Source: Gnetum montanum
Taxonomy: Eukaryota; Plantae; Gnetophyta
DNA: 59,513 nucleotides
Reading direction: 5' to 3'
NCBI GenBank assembly: GCA_015680685.1
Contig: MNCI01000178.1
Span: 13,883-73,395 of the forward strand
The position numbers and the translations under genes were made by a program. Below are positions 36,803-51,188 of the stretch, piece by piece (the first letter of the stretch is position 1; each line of letters opens with the position of its first letter). Under the pieces are notes generated by a model. The model was given only the letters and a program-made list of their open reading frames with translations. It was not told the DNA's origin and did no database searches.

Positions 36803-39011
36803 TGTTTAATTTTGTCTAGAGCCAACACTAAATTTGTAGGCCCAGAAATCCACACAAGCCCGAGAAAAAAGAAAAGAAACTTTATTAATTTTTCCACCAC
36901 ACTAAACACATGAATATGATATAAATTTATACATTTTTAGTTTGCCATATATAGAACAAACTAATATTGATTCATATCCCACTATTTATGGATCTCAACT
37001 AAATTTAGAGCAACTAACTTTTACCTCCTAACTAATTTAATATAAAGCCTTAATAACTAAAACACCTTCAATATGTGGGCATTCTCACAAAGCAATTCAA
37101 ACAATCCTCCCTTTATGGAAAGTCTACTTAGAATGAAACATCATAAAAGACACATGAACCTAGTTGGGATAAGACCCAACAATAGCGTTATTTGACCAAG
37201 CATAAGAAAAACTAGATTTAATAAGTGTCTAATACCACTTCAAATAAAATTATTTTTTCCTATGCAAATGAAAAGAAACACAAAAATTTCATCTCCTCAC
37301 CATAATAAATCTCTTGATCATTGCATCTTCTCACTAGTGATGCAAGCACATGATCTCATCCCCAAGAGTTATCATCACCAAGGATTTCCATCACCAAGTG
37401 ACAGTTTTAGTTTCATCTTGGTTACAAGTATTTGATGTTTCTGCTAGAGTTTCTTCATCTTCAACATCTTCAAAGACCATAAAAGAGTTAAATTTCTCAA
37501 TTATTTCATTCAACACATCTTGAGCTTGAACCTTGCAATTTATTCAGAAAGCATGTGGTTTCTTACAATAGAAACAAGGCTTTCTAGATTATTTTGAATT
37601 TGAGCCTCTACAAGTAGATACCAAGGCTTGATCTTCAGAAAGCATGTGGTTTCTTACAATAGAAACAACGCTTTCTAGATTATTTTGAATTTGAGCCTCT
37701 ACAAGTAGATACCAAGGCTTGATCTCCAAAAGCTACTTGTCCAAGAACATTTTGACTTTCTTTCATTAATGTAGAAATTACCTTTTGAAGGTCAACATTT
37801 GTACTTTTAAGTGTGAAAATTACATTTGCAAGGGGAGTTGGCATACTATTCAAAAAATCGGTTTAGCATCATCATCATTGTTGGGCACAAATAGAATTAA
37901 ATTTATTTATATGTTCCACAATATTATCACCTTCTTCATCCTTAATTTGAATAAGTGTTGTTTCAAGAAAATTACAATGGAAGAAATTTGAGAACCAAAT
38001 AAAGAATTCAAAGTATCCCATACCTCCTTGAATGTAGCATCTACCTTGATTAAATGCAAACAATGATCAGCAAGAGAAAGTCTAATAAAGGAGACTGCCT
38101 TTAGTCATTGCCTTGACCATTTATCAAGAAAAAATGTGAACCTTTCAAAGATATTCTCTTTTATCAAAAAAATTCTCAACTTTATCAAAAGTATAATGTA
38201 GGACCTTATATTTTAAATTCTATAACATTTAATACAAAATTGTGAAAGTGGCAGCAGCATTAGAACAAGGCTTCGATCAATGTAACATAACTCTATGAGG
38301 AATCACAAGCAAAATAAGATTATTTTGCTGCACGTGAACATGAATAGCCAAATAATTTACTGCTCTCTTTTCAGCATCTTTCTTTTGCACAAACTGCTTT
38401 CTCATTTGTTTGAAAATGAATTTGGCAATTATAAGAAAGCGGATCTACCTTTCACAATGACGAAAAATGGAAACTGAAGAAAGAATCTATAGCCTATGAG
38501 ACTCAGTTACCTTCCAGCAAAACCAGAAAAGAGCGATCCTACCATAGGATCATAGTTTGCAGATTTAATCTTCAATTATAATTTACTGTCCAATGCAAGA
38601 GCGCGCTGGATGCAGATGCTCTAAGGACATAACATGAGAAAGATCTTAAAACAAGAGTACAAAGTCCAAGGATCGTGAGGGTTTGTGGTTAAGCAAGATC
38701 CCTCTAATCTGATTGCTCCAATACCATTATTTGATTTTGACTTGAGCCAACACTGAATTTGCAGGCCCAAAAATCCACATAGGTCTGAAAAGAAGAAAAA
38801 GAAGCTTTATTGATTTTTCCACCTCCACTAAACACATGAATTTGATAGAAATGTATACATTTTTAGTTTTCCATATATAGAAAAAACTAACATGGATTCA
38901 TATCCCACTATTTACGAATCTCAACTAAATTTAGAACGACAATTTAATATAAAACCTTAATAACTAAAACAACTTCAATATGTGGGCATTCCTACAAAAA
39001 AAATTCCAACA
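36803..39011 (-). mobile_element. Gag-only Copia LTR element (TR-GAG-like, 2.2 kb)
   Basis: LTRs 36803-37103 and ~38728-39011; TSD AAATA; iMet PBS TGGTATTGGAGC (38715-38726); PPT 37104-37113. Gag remnant AVSFIRLSLADHCLHLIK..KEVWDTLNSLFG..LFKLRMK..GDNIVEHINKFNSI; no pol. Confidence 0.87.
37543..37724. repeat. 91-bp tandem duplication within the gag-only element
   Basis: Copies at 37543-37633 and 37634-37724; the minus strand encodes a partial zinc knuckle (CFYCKKP). Confidence 0.93.
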
Positions 39012-40823
39012 AAATAAAGTAAATTATTATTGCATAGAAAGGAAAGAAACAATTAAAGTAAATTGTAAGAAAGTAAATTAAAGTTCTAAGCCAAGTGCAG
39101 CAATGAACAGAATAAATCTCATTTTCATTTCCATTATGCAAGTGTGTTTAGGTACAACAAATATTTGAATGAAATTCTATATGATCTATTCAATTCATGA
39201 TGTGGCATTTGATGAGAAAAGTATTTTAATTTTCATTGGAGAAAACTACAAGATTTTGGCTACACAATGATCAAAAGGTTCCACAAATGCAATGGGTGCA
39301 TGCATTTATATAGGCATTTATGAAGCTTATATCAATGCTAATGTGTTGACGAAGCAAGGGTTACATCCATGCTAATCCATTGATGTGACTGATAGACATA
39401 ACATTCATCAATGGATCATCTATTTACAACTTCCAATAGATTTCTCTTATGTTCCTTTGTTTGCTTTGCATCAGTTATTATTGGTCTATCATTTTAAGGA
39501 AAGACATATTCTAGTGATTTTAATAATATTTTTAGCTCTATTAATTTAGACACAAGTTCTCCTAAATTTCTAACTCCTGCTAAGTAGTATCTTCCTCATG
39601 TTGCAATTGCATCACTTGAGGGAGTTGCTACTTCATTTTATTCATCTTCTCTAGCTCCTTAACATATGAGTTAGTGAGTGCTTCTATTAGTTCCATTCAC
39701 ATTTTGGATTTGAAGCTTTCTTACCTAGTGGTTGCTATGTACAAATACCTTTACACATACATTGATTACTCACATGATCTACATGTCATGATGGTTCTTT
39801 TTTTAACTACATAGATTTTCTACATGTACTAGTACCCCATGCGATTATACATTATGCATGGAACTCACTTATTTTCGATTTGTTCATGCTCATTCTCTTT
39901 GGAGGTCTCCAAGGATATGTCTCTAATTCCTAGCTTGGTATCAATAGTGCTTAACTAAGCATTTTCCATGATAATGGTGAAGTTACCCTTGTAGTTGTCC
40001 AAAGTGACCACAAGAAAATCATTAGAATATGACTACCTACTAATGATGATTATAATGTCCTTCACCAACCCTAAAGAAATGATGATGGATTAGCTTACAA
40101 GCTCTAATTTGATATTGCACTTCTTTAATGAAGGTAGGTTTCAAGCTTTGTACATTTTCTAAGATATCAAATTCACCTTAGAACTTGAGTTTAGTAAGGC
40201 TTTGCAAAGTGCATTGCTTATAATCTATAAATAAATGAGGAAACTTTCATGATCAACTCTTTATCTAGGAAAGTTTCTTGTTTTAATGTAGTTGGTTATA
40301 GTATGAGTTAACATGATGGTTTGTACATGATTATTTTGGTTTTCAAGGGACTTTCAAATCATTTTGGAGGGTATAGATGTAGGATTCACAATCATGGATG
40401 GTTATAAAGGTTTAGATCAGTTAATACACCTAAAGAATGTATGCTTTTAGAACTTACACTTAGAATTGCTTGAGTTGTCATCTATCTACATGTTTATAGT
40501 TTGTGTAACATTTCATTGTTTTGGTTAGAAGGAAATTTCACTTTGCATAGGTGGAGCAAGTGGCAAAGGATTAAGAGTGTGAAGTTGAGAGTGTTGGTGA
40601 AGGTAACAACCATATGAGGAATACTTGTTCTAGAAAGTGATAGGTTTGTGGTACTCTAGAGAATAGTAATGATGAGCATGAGTATAAGTAGTAGAGGCAC
40701 GTGGAGATAAATGCTACTAAACATAATATCCATAAGGATCATGCTCTCTATAAGGATACTGCTACTTGGGTGGTGGCATCCCTCAAAACTATGGGTTTTG
40801 TCATTGCTATTAATAATACTTCT

Positions 40824-40864
40824 TAGCCAACCCCATTTTATTGGGACAAGGTTAGGATGATAAA
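40824..40864 (+). mobile_element. Ultra-short RTE 3'-end insertion inside Athila gag
   Basis: TAGCCAACCCCATTTTATTGGGACAAGGTTAGGATGAT flanked by AATAATACT repeats (40812-40820 / 40865-40873); absent from the homologous site near 30130. Confidence 0.78.
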
Positions 40865-43610
40865 AATAATACTCCTAAGATTGATGTGGAGCCCCACTAG
40901 GATAATACTATTATTGATGATTGTGTTGTTAATAGTTTCCTTGATGATAAGATAATCTCCTAGGCATTTTCCTTTTGACAAATATTGGATTTAATACATA
41001 AGCCCCAAACTCTTGAAGATGTGACATAATAGGACAATAATCCTTAGGATGTTTGTACTAGAAAATGTCATAATCATTATTATTAGAATATGAGTCTACA
41101 ATCTTCTCAATTGTATTTATTTTTCTTTTCTATTGATAGTGGTTTCATTGTGTCTTTTTTCTTTGGTTAGTCTTATCTCTGGCTCTACCTTGCTTTGCTT
41201 TCTCCTCCATGATTTTTAAAGTTGTTTGGAATTGTTCATCAATGGAGTCTTACATCTTATCAACCTTAGTTGAGATTTCAATAACTAGTTTTTGTATTGA
41301 CAAGGTTTCTTGTTGGACCATCTCTTTTAATGGTGCCTTCTCTTTTTATTCATAGAGATTAATTTTCTTTTTATAGAGAGATAGATACTTGTTATATACC
41401 TCTACACTTTAGCTCTTCTTCCTTCATGGCTATATGATCTATCAATTGTTGGATCCAATAAGCTTGCATTTCTAAAATTCTTTCTTTGGTATAGACCCCA
41501 AGTTTCTTTGGTTTTGTTCTTGAGCCCATATATGATGTGCCTTAGTTGTCCTTCTAAAAGAATCCATGGCTTGGGAATCTAAGTAGTAAGAAATAGTATT
41601 TTTCCAACACTACATCAAGAGATTCATGGTTACCCTATCTCTACCATTGAATTTGCTTCCTCAAGTTGGATACCATGAAGTACGTTTGATCCTTGTCATT
41701 GAATAACTCTAGCATCATAGTCCACCTTCTGATGTCAATTAATTTTAATGATTAGTACTAACTTTTAACTTCTTTGATAATGATCCTTAGAAATAACTTC
41801 AATCTCTGTCATTCATTTTCTATGATCTACAAGACGTATGCATCATGGAAGGCTTGCAAATGATGCTGAGGGTTAATGTTACAACTTTCTTTAAACTTAG
41901 GAATATTGTTCATGTCCAACTGTTTAATTTGGCTATTCCTCCAATGCCTATTTAGTATATATTTTACCTCCTAGATGTTGATCATACTCCTAATAGCAAG
42001 AAAAAGTTCATTATAGTCATTTTATTCATCATGATTTCTTTCATGAACAAGACCCCTTCTATGTTACTTGCTATGCCTTCTCTCATGTTTGTGCCCTATT
42101 TCTTGATCTTATTTGTCATATCTACCTTCACCTTTATGTAGGTCTCCTCTATCATCTCCACCAAGTCATCCACCATTGTTCCTTCTTCCTTGGTCATGTT
42201 CATCCTTGTTAGAGATTCATGATAAGGATGATAAAGAATGAGAAGAGCCATGTCAACTTGCTCTTCTACTATGATGCCTTTGGTTATCTCTAGGTAACCT
42301 ACTAGAAGACTTAGGCCTAGAGGTCCTCCTTCTATTAGATCTTGCTCTTCATTTTCTTTGGTTGCTTGTCAAGGCTAAACATAATCATGGGTTTATCATG
42401 TCATCTACATTAAAGAAGGAAGGATTTTGATGATTTGATTTTTCTAAATGATAATCTATGTCCTCCTTTTTAGATGATGATGTCAATAGAATGGTAGCTT
42501 ATTTTTTTTCTTTATGACATGTCTTAATTAAAGAGTCTTTTCATAGTTAAGGTTCAATAGGTTAATTAGGCCTATGCATCTCATCAACTACCATGTAGTC
42601 ACGGGTAATTACTTCAAGTCCAACCTTCATTAATGCTTTCATGAGTATTGATGGAGTTGAATAATCTAGTAATAACACAATATTTCCTTCTAATTCCCTC
42701 CATCATAGCTAGTTATCCTAGTAAATGATGAAGACAAAGTACAAATAATAAGAATTCAAATATTGGTAGACAAATTTAACTTGATGGGGCACATTATCTC
42801 TATATTGGCAGTTCTATCACATATCCTTGTAGAATCATTAGCAAGTGAGAAATCAATCTTACGAAAACAAGAAATTTTTAATTATTGTGTGCATCTAAAT
42901 AAAATAATAATATTATTTTTGATGATAAATATTTGAGTCCTAATAATGATCATAAATGATTCTAATAATCTAGTTACTCATACTAGTCCCTAGCAATGGT
43001 ACCAATAATGAGTGGTGATTGTCCCCTATGTCCAACCACACAAATTAGGAGTGTTCATGTGTGACTTGCTCATAATCCATGCACTTGACTAGTGCAATAT
43101 CTAGATAGCTAAGCATTGGATCATAGGTTGCTATCTTCCTAATTACACTTGTATGACCATAGTGCATATGGTTTAGTGTAATTAAGGCATATGATCTTGA
43201 TGTTGTTTGGATCATAGTAAAATAAAATAATATTAAAACATTATAATATTAAAATCTAACTTATCTTAAGTTATGCGTAAGAAGTAATCTAGTCTAGCCT
43301 ATGCGATGAGCATTTGTTTCCAACTAATCTAGATTTTTATGGTGAACTTCTATGCAAAGAACCAAGATGTCTATGATGAACATTTTAATATTTTTATGGT
43401 GAACTTTTATGCAAAATGTAGAATCTCAATCTTATTATCATTCATGGATAATGTCAAAGTACAATCCACTCAAATATGACTTCTTACAATTAACTTGAAT
43501 CCATGCTATGGGCCCTTACTAATAAATTCTAACTTCTATGGAATGAAATTGCAAGAGTTTTGCTATAATGGGATAAAAAAATAATGCATTTGATGTAGTA
43601 GGTAAATGGT

Positions 43611-46600
43611 TATGATGGTGTTACCCTTTGCAAATATCATTCAGCACCACTTGAGAGTCCAAAAGAAATAATAAGGGAGGGTGGGCTTAAGGTGGACTAT
43701 GTCTCAAATGTTAGAGCATCTTGCAAATACAATATAAGAATACACAACCCATCAGTTGTGGCTAGAGGCATTGGATATGCCATAAGTAAATAAGCAAGCA
43801 ACTAGACTGACAAGATGTGCACAACCACATAAGCGCACACATACAATACTAAAATCCTTAGAGATATAAGATGCATTTCTACTCTAATGCATCTAGCCCT
43901 AAGCCCCACTCTGGAGATAAGGGTGATGGCTTGAGCTAAGGAGGCAAACCCTTCCCAGCAAGCCTACATATCATTGTGATGAGGTTCACAAGGAACATGG
44001 CCCATGTAGTTCTATGGTAATGGTTAGAATAGCATGAAACTCGATAGGATCTCCACACTTTTTCCACCCCCATTTTGAAGAGAAAAAACCTTTAATCCAC
44101 CAATAAGACATGTTTTTCTACACTTTCTAGAACTTGAAAGAAGTAATATCCTTAGAGTGTATTCTTTTCAAATGTGAAGAATCCCAATGGATATTGAGGG
44201 ACTTCAAACAACTAGAAGTTCATCTCACTATTATAGGTAGAAAGGTCCTATGGCTAGGGTTCTTCAATCATAAAGCATAAAATTTTAAACTCAACCTGTC
44301 ATCTAACATAGACTTAGAGAAGTCAGTACAACTTGGGTTTAGGAAATAAAGGTTTTTCCTTTTTCATGTAAATTATACCAGCTTTTCTACCTAAAGCGAA
44401 ATCTACTCGCTTAAAATGTGAATAAGCCCTCTAACTCTAGTTGTAAAACAAGAGGATATATTTGATCCTTCTATCACTAAGGGGAGACAATTTTGTATGT
44501 TGGGGGAACTATTTCTCATGTATAGTAATATCCTTTCACTAGCATGTGTAGGGATCTTGGCATTATAACCTCACTATGGCATCACCCAACTCCTTAATTA
44601 AAAGACAAGACATACCAATTCTCCACCTCACAAAAGCGGTTCAACTTAGATCCATTCTGATGCGTTCTAGCCTATCACATATTCCTCTTTTTTATAGGCT
44701 ACACTATAACTTCCATTAGGAAGTGGCTGCCTCAGACTCGCCACCTCTATACATCCACGAGGACAAATCAATGTGGTTCTTTGCATAGAAGTTGACCATA
44801 AAAATCTACTTATTCTTGAGAGCTTGCCACTCCTTCCAAGTATCCTCCTCCAAAGATGTGGCCTACTAATGTACCAAGAATTCAACCTTATGATCTAGAG
44901 CATAACCTATGATATGCATGTTAATGATGAAATGAATTCATTAATCCTTCATTTCTTTAATGTTTGGGAGGGCTGAGGGGATCCCTAGACCTAAGCAATA
45001 TCATATTAGTATCCTCAAGATTGAACTTTTTTGACATTGAAACATGAAACACTAGGCGATATTTGACTAGATATGATAACAGCTATAACTTATAGGTAAT
45101 TGGATTAACATAAGGACTTTGAAAGATCCATCATAACACCTTAAGAATTTATAGTTAGCTTCCTTATTCAGTCTCATTTGCCCCAATCCATTTTTAATAA
45201 AGTTGATTCATCAATAGCAAACACTAATGGCCTCGTCTTGCTATTTGCATGATTTTCTTATGTTGGACAAATTTTTTCAAGTATAATTTGACAACTTGGA
45301 TACAATCCACTTAGGATTTGACGAAGTCATCCACTAAAGGATTAAAACATTGATGTGAGATTTTCATCAGTTGAGGAATTGATGGTTGTCTTTCCAAGGC
45401 TAACTCTACCAGAGAGAACTCCGTGGCTAAGGACTTCTAAATGTTATAGCTGGATAGAGCCATAGGTAGTAGAGCTATCCAACTCATCTAATTGAACTAG
45501 ATAAAATGTCTAAGATATTCCTCAAGAACTCTATTGACCCATTTTGTCTACCAATCTATTTATGGATGGTACCCCAATGGCATCCATAGCTTTGTCCTCA
45601 AGATTTCAAAAAACTTTTAGAAAAAATCACTCATGAAATGAGAATCATAATTAGAAATAATGCTTGATAGAAATCTAAAGTAGTACATGATGTTATTAAG
45701 GAATAAGAATACTACATTCTTAGTTGTGCAAGGAGTAGATCACATGATGAAGATGACATACTTCAAGAACTTATCCATAACTACAATGATGTTGGAAAAT
45801 CCTTATACTATGGGAAGTCCTATGGTGAAATCCAGGGAGACGGTCATCCATGAGAGTTCCAAAATTTCCAAGGAATTAAGGAGGTCTTCTAGCTTCTCAT
45901 TAGAACTTATATCTTGTTGATAACCTAAATAAATCTACACAAAATTTGCCATATCAATCCCCAAGTTAGGCTAATAGAACCTCTGGTTCATCAATGCTAT
46001 TATCTATTTATGACCTAGATGTCTTGCCTAGAAAGTGTTGTGGAATTCATCAATGAATTGAGAATGCAACACATCCTAATTAGGAACATAGATATGAGTT
46101 TTTTTAAACATGAGAAGATCATTAACTTCATTGAAATTCAAGTCATCTCCTTTGTGAACTAACTTTAACAATTCTTGAGCATGTTAATTATGATGTAGTC
46201 CATCCTTGATCTTCTATTGAAGTTCATGATCAACCATCATCTAAGAGTTATTGGGCTTCCACATGATCTCCATCCAATGTACCTAAGAATGTTTGCTTAA
46301 AACATCTACTACCACATTCTCTCTTCCTAGGCAATAGATAAACTAAAGATTGAACTCTTGTAACATGCCCAACCATCAAGCTTACTTTGGCTGCAAATTG
46401 GATTGATTTAGGAGTTACTGCATGGTAGTATTGCCAGCTTTGACTATCATGAGACCATCAAAGAGATACTGTCACCATGTGCAAAGATAATGCACAATGG
46501 AAAATGTCTCCTTTTCATGCACTAACCATAATTGCTTAGTCTGATTCAACATTTTGGACTCAAGTGCCACAATATGGTTATCTTGCAAAAGGACCTTGCC

Positions 46601-49600
46601 AATCATCCCTTGCCAATCATCTCATCTAAAGCATATTTATGAACTTTTAATGATTTTAAGAAGTCAAGAAAGACTAACATAGGTCAAGTTATGAGGACCA
46701 TCCTAATTTTATTAAAGGCTTTCTAACATTGATGGTTCTAGTTCTAGGGAACATCCTTTTTTTAAAAGTTACTTAAGGTTTCCATCATTTTAAAGAATTC
46801 CCAAACAAACTTCTTGTAATAATTGATCAACCCCAAGAATTGGCACAGCTGATGCACATCTTTTGGAATAAGCCAAGTGGCAATAACCTCTACTTTCTTT
46901 GGATTTGATTTCATCTTATCTCCCCCAATGTTGTGGCCTAAGAATTTTAGCTTTGGCTTATCAAATTTATACTTCTTCTTCTTGACATATAGTCTATGCT
47001 CCCATAATTTTGAGAACACTAGGTTCAGATGTTAAATGTGCTCTTTCATCAAGCAAGAGCATTAAAATATCATTGAGATATACCATAATGAATTTGTCCA
47101 AGAATAGACAAAACACTTCATTCATGAATGTGTAATATGTAGCTAGAGCATGACTATCCACTTGTATGAACTATAATGAGTCTTCATTACCCTTCACAAT
47201 CTACATCAAATAGTAACCTTAGAGAAGGTTGAGTTAAGAAAAGACTCGATCCCCCTACTAGATGGATCAAATAGGTTAAAACCAATGGTACCTTATACTT
47301 ATTCTTGATGATATGTTTATTTAGTAGTTTGAAATCACAACACAATCTCAATGAGCCATCTTCCTTCTTGGAGAACACCACGAGGGCTCCATAAGAATAC
47401 TTGGAGGATCAAATATAATCTTTCCCTATCAAGCTTGTCAACTACTTTCTTAGCTCTGGTAGCTCAAGGGGAATTATTTTGTAATGTCACTACCTAGCAG
47501 GGGAAATTTCTAGTAGTAGGTTAATCTTATGGTCAACAGCTCGTTGTTCTAGTAGTTCTCTTGATAACTCTACTAGCATTATATCCTTCTACCTTCTCAG
47601 CATGTTCTTAACCCACACACTCACTAGTGATGAACTCTCATCTTCTATCTCTCTTAACATTGCAAGAAACAACTATTGAGTCAAGTCCCTCACAACTTGC
47701 TTCATTACCATGGGCGAGACAAGTTGGGCTTCTTGGGTAGTATTTGTTACTTCTGATGTAGAGGCCTTCACTGTGTAGGGTGAATCCTCATGTACAATAT
47801 AGAGAACATCCAAGTATGAGGCAACCAACACCTTTGTATTTTTAAATTCTTATTCAAGGATGACTTGGAAATAATTAATGTCTAAGATAGATAAGTCTAT
47901 CTTTCCACTCCATTGGCTGACCTTCACAACCACATCTCTCATGACTCTTGTGCACTTGATTGGATAGAACTTTACTAACTTGAAGGATGCTAAACTCAGT
48001 TATACTCATAAATTAAGGGTACAAGCAAATTTTGGTGAAAAAAGTTGTGACTAAACCTATGCTAAGCAAGACATCAATCACTTTTGATCAGAACCATCTA
48101 TACCAAATGCAAGCTAGGTTCTTGCTTCAGTTGTTCTTCTTAGATATTCTACCAAATTGCTACTAGGCTCTAGGAGATTTGTTGAATCACTTCAAGGGAT
48201 TCAATTTCATGCCCACTATCATTCATCTTGGTCACCTACAATTAGGCTTGTGGTTGATAATCGAGAGTGTTTAACTATCAGTCAACATTTGAACCCCTTC
48301 AAGCTAGTAATCAATTGGGGTTTTGTGGGTAGTGTTAAGTAATATGATTCCAAGATCCACATGTCATAACTCTAAGGAGGATTATTCATGGATCCCCTAA
48401 TGCATGGGCACTTGTTCCAAAATCTATCATAGCCTTTGGGAGCTCGTCACTTCTTATTACACTAGAAAGAAATTGAGAATTTTAGGGTGACATGACACAA
48501 ACCTTGAAAGTCACCACCAAAGTTTCTTCTATTAGGCCTACCTATTTTGCCACTAGATCTTTGTTCATTTTGAGGTGCATTAGCTTCATTCTTATCCTAC
48601 TTATGGGGCTTTGATTTAGCCACCAAATTTACCATTAATTTGAATGCCTTCTTGTATTTTAAGATCTTACAAGTTTTGATCTCCCACTAGGCCTAAGGTT
48701 TTGAGGCCATTAAAGAAGAGGTGGAATTTGGACTTTTCATTAAAAATTTGAATTTGCAAAATCACTTGGTATTCTCAAAGATAATCCTCTAGCTTCGCTA
48801 TTTATTAGAGTTCTTTTAACTTCATCCAAGATTTGCTAATGGAAGCGCTTGGGTGAAAGTTTTTAACTAGAGCAATTTTGAGATCACACCATATCTTTAC
48901 TGATCTCTAAGTAATCCCCAACTTCATCTTCATAATAATGCCAAATCACTAGATTTGACCAACTCCTCCTAGAAATTGGAAGGTGATGCTAACCTTCATT
49001 TCCTTTGGATACTCATTTATTTTAAGGAAGTTCTCTATCTCAAAAACAAGGGAATCCAAGAGTTTGTTATCATGATCACCTTTGTACATTTTAGGCTCTT
49101 TGGCTTAGAGCTTTTGGGTCGACCACCCTAAACCTAATGCAACTATTTTTGCTTGAATAGCCACCTAGTTCTTCAATTTCTTGTTCCTCATCTTGAGCTC
49201 TCCACTTGTGCTTCTAGGGTTATCATTCTTTGCAAGACATCATCCATCGAGACTTTGACATTATCGACATCCCCTATCCATTCCACCTAATTCTATAGCA
49301 TAACACTTTGAGTTGTGAAGAGCTTATTCTTAGCTTCCAAGTTCAATTCTTGAAGATACCAAACATCGATCTTATCAGCAAGATCATGAACCATTTTAAT
49401 TCACTGCACCACTTGCAAGTGACTAAGAATCATGCTATCAATTTTAAGGAGATACCCACACAGCTATTGCACCTTGTCAAGGGAGTAATCATCATGCTCC
49501 TTGAGAGACACCTCATGGTCGACATTCAGGTTCTCACATTCAAAAATTACATCATGTGCCTCATCATGCACCTACTCCTCCATGCTGTTTCCAAAATCAG

Positions 49601-50226
49601 AGCCAATAAAAGCCTCACTAGAGTACTGGCCCCCCTTGCTCTTCTTCTTATATGCCATGGTCACCCAGGAATTTAGGCAATGAACAATGAACCACAAGCA
49701 AACTCAAACCACAAACCTTCGGCTTTGATACTAAGTGTAATAGTGTTGTTCTTAGAAAACATTGTTTAGCACCACCCGAAAATTCAAAAGTAGTAACAAG
49801 GGAAGGTGGACTTAAGGTGGACTACCTCTCAAAGCTTACCTTGCAAACACAACCCATTAGTCATGGTTAGAGAGATTGGATATACCATAAGTAAACAAGC
49901 ATGCAACCAGATTGATGAAATGCACACACCAACACAGGCACACATGCAATACCGAAACCCTTAGAGAGCTAAGATGCAATCATACTCTAATATATCTAGC
50001 CCTAAGCCTTGCTCTGAAGAGAAGGCCAATGGCGCAAGCCAAGGAGGTGAAGCCTCCCCAATATGCCTACATATCCTTGTAATGAAGTTCACAAGGGATC
50101 AAAGCCCATGTAGTTCTATGGTGATGGTTAAGATAGCATGGAGCCCGATAGGATCTCCACACTCCTTCAACCCTCGTTCCAGAGGGAAACAACCTTTGAT
50201 CCACCAATAAGACATATTTTCCTATA
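43611..50226 (-). mobile_element. Decayed chromovirus (Ty3/gypsy with chromodomain)
   Basis: LTRs 43611-44679 and 49736-50226 (the latter internally deleted); TSD ATGGT; iMet PBS 49721-49733; PPT 44680-44694. RT (KKEDGSLRLCCDFKLLNK, FLGLINYYKKFV), integrase and chromodomain remnant EFLVH**ATSLEEDTW (~44830-44885). Confidence 0.9.
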
Positions 50227-51120
50227 ATGGTCTTTATAGGCTTCACCACCCTTGAATACATCATATCCATGATGTCATTTAAAAGCCTACAACATCACAA
50301 CTACAACATTACAACTATGACATTGTAGCACATGCAGAAAATGCTTCATCAATAAGGTAAAACACGAGAGTTGTATTCAATCAATCAGTTCATCATTATG
50401 CTTCAAAGATGAAGTAAAAACAAGGTAGATTGTTTAAAGGATAGAAGACATTTTGAGAGATGATTAAAGTTCAAAAAATTTCAAGCATTAGTGCTTCAAA
50501 GAAGAAAACTATTTGCAAAACAAGGCTAAGAAAGAAATCGTGCAAAAGAAATGGAAAAGGCTTTACAAGGAGACTTGTGAAGAACATATCATGTGATGGA
50601 GGAAAATTTTTAGCAGTGAAAGAGATTTGGTAAAACTTACATAAAACATGAGGTGCCTTTTAGTGTGACTCAAACTTGCAATCTCTTGTGACAAGATAAC
50701 TTGCAACCTTTCAAAATACATTATCATCATCATCCTAGCCTTGTCCCAACAAAATGGGATTGATTCCCCTTCATTCATATATTAGAACATTAGTAATGTT
50801 TTAGTTATCTAAAGGCTTCCAAGTTAATAAAAAAATTCTAACACCTTTCACATTTTAAATATGTATTTCCTTTTTTCAATAAGATAAATCATAAGGATTT
50901 ATTCCTTCACAAGTATTTTTCTTGTTCCAAAAAGGAACAAAATCAACAAATTATTCACATATAAAATAAAATCAAACTTGTAAATTAATCTTTTTAACTT
51001 GGAGATGTATCCATACTAATATATAGTCCAACATATATAGTTTAATTGAAACTTTATGACTCAGCATTGCCCACCAGAATTGAACCCATCACTTAGAAAT
51101 TTAAAATCAAGAATCTTACC

Positions 51121-51188
51121 CAAACTAAATGGGTAGATTAAAGCATGAATCACACAAACTAAATGGGTAGATTAAAGCATGAATCACA
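51121..51188. repeat. Perfect 34-bp tandem duplication
   Basis: CAAACTAAATGGGTAGATTAAAGCATGAATCACA occurs twice in tandem. Confidence 0.95.

Larger units (their letters stand above)
36233..39410 (-). mobile_element. Athila-like 5' LTR (36574-39410, split by a Copia insertion) with PBS and a short leader remnant
   Basis: PBS 36556-36572; TGATGAGTAG start similar to 32327; ends TTCATCA at 39410. Confidence 0.78.
39411..50351 (-). mobile_element. Truncated Athila-like element: gag-PR remnant 39411-42000, PBS 42988-43004, 5' LTR 43006-50351 split by a chromovirus
   Basis: Colinear similarity with 28900-31300 (for example the protease region 40080-40330); PBS CCCTAGCAATGGTACCA; LTR halves 43006-43610 and 50232-50351. 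Confidence 0.8.

Noticed and set aside
51068-51130. tRNA-like sequence (minus-strand GGTTCAATTC)
   Set aside because: No cloverleaf can be formed; at most a decayed SINE head.
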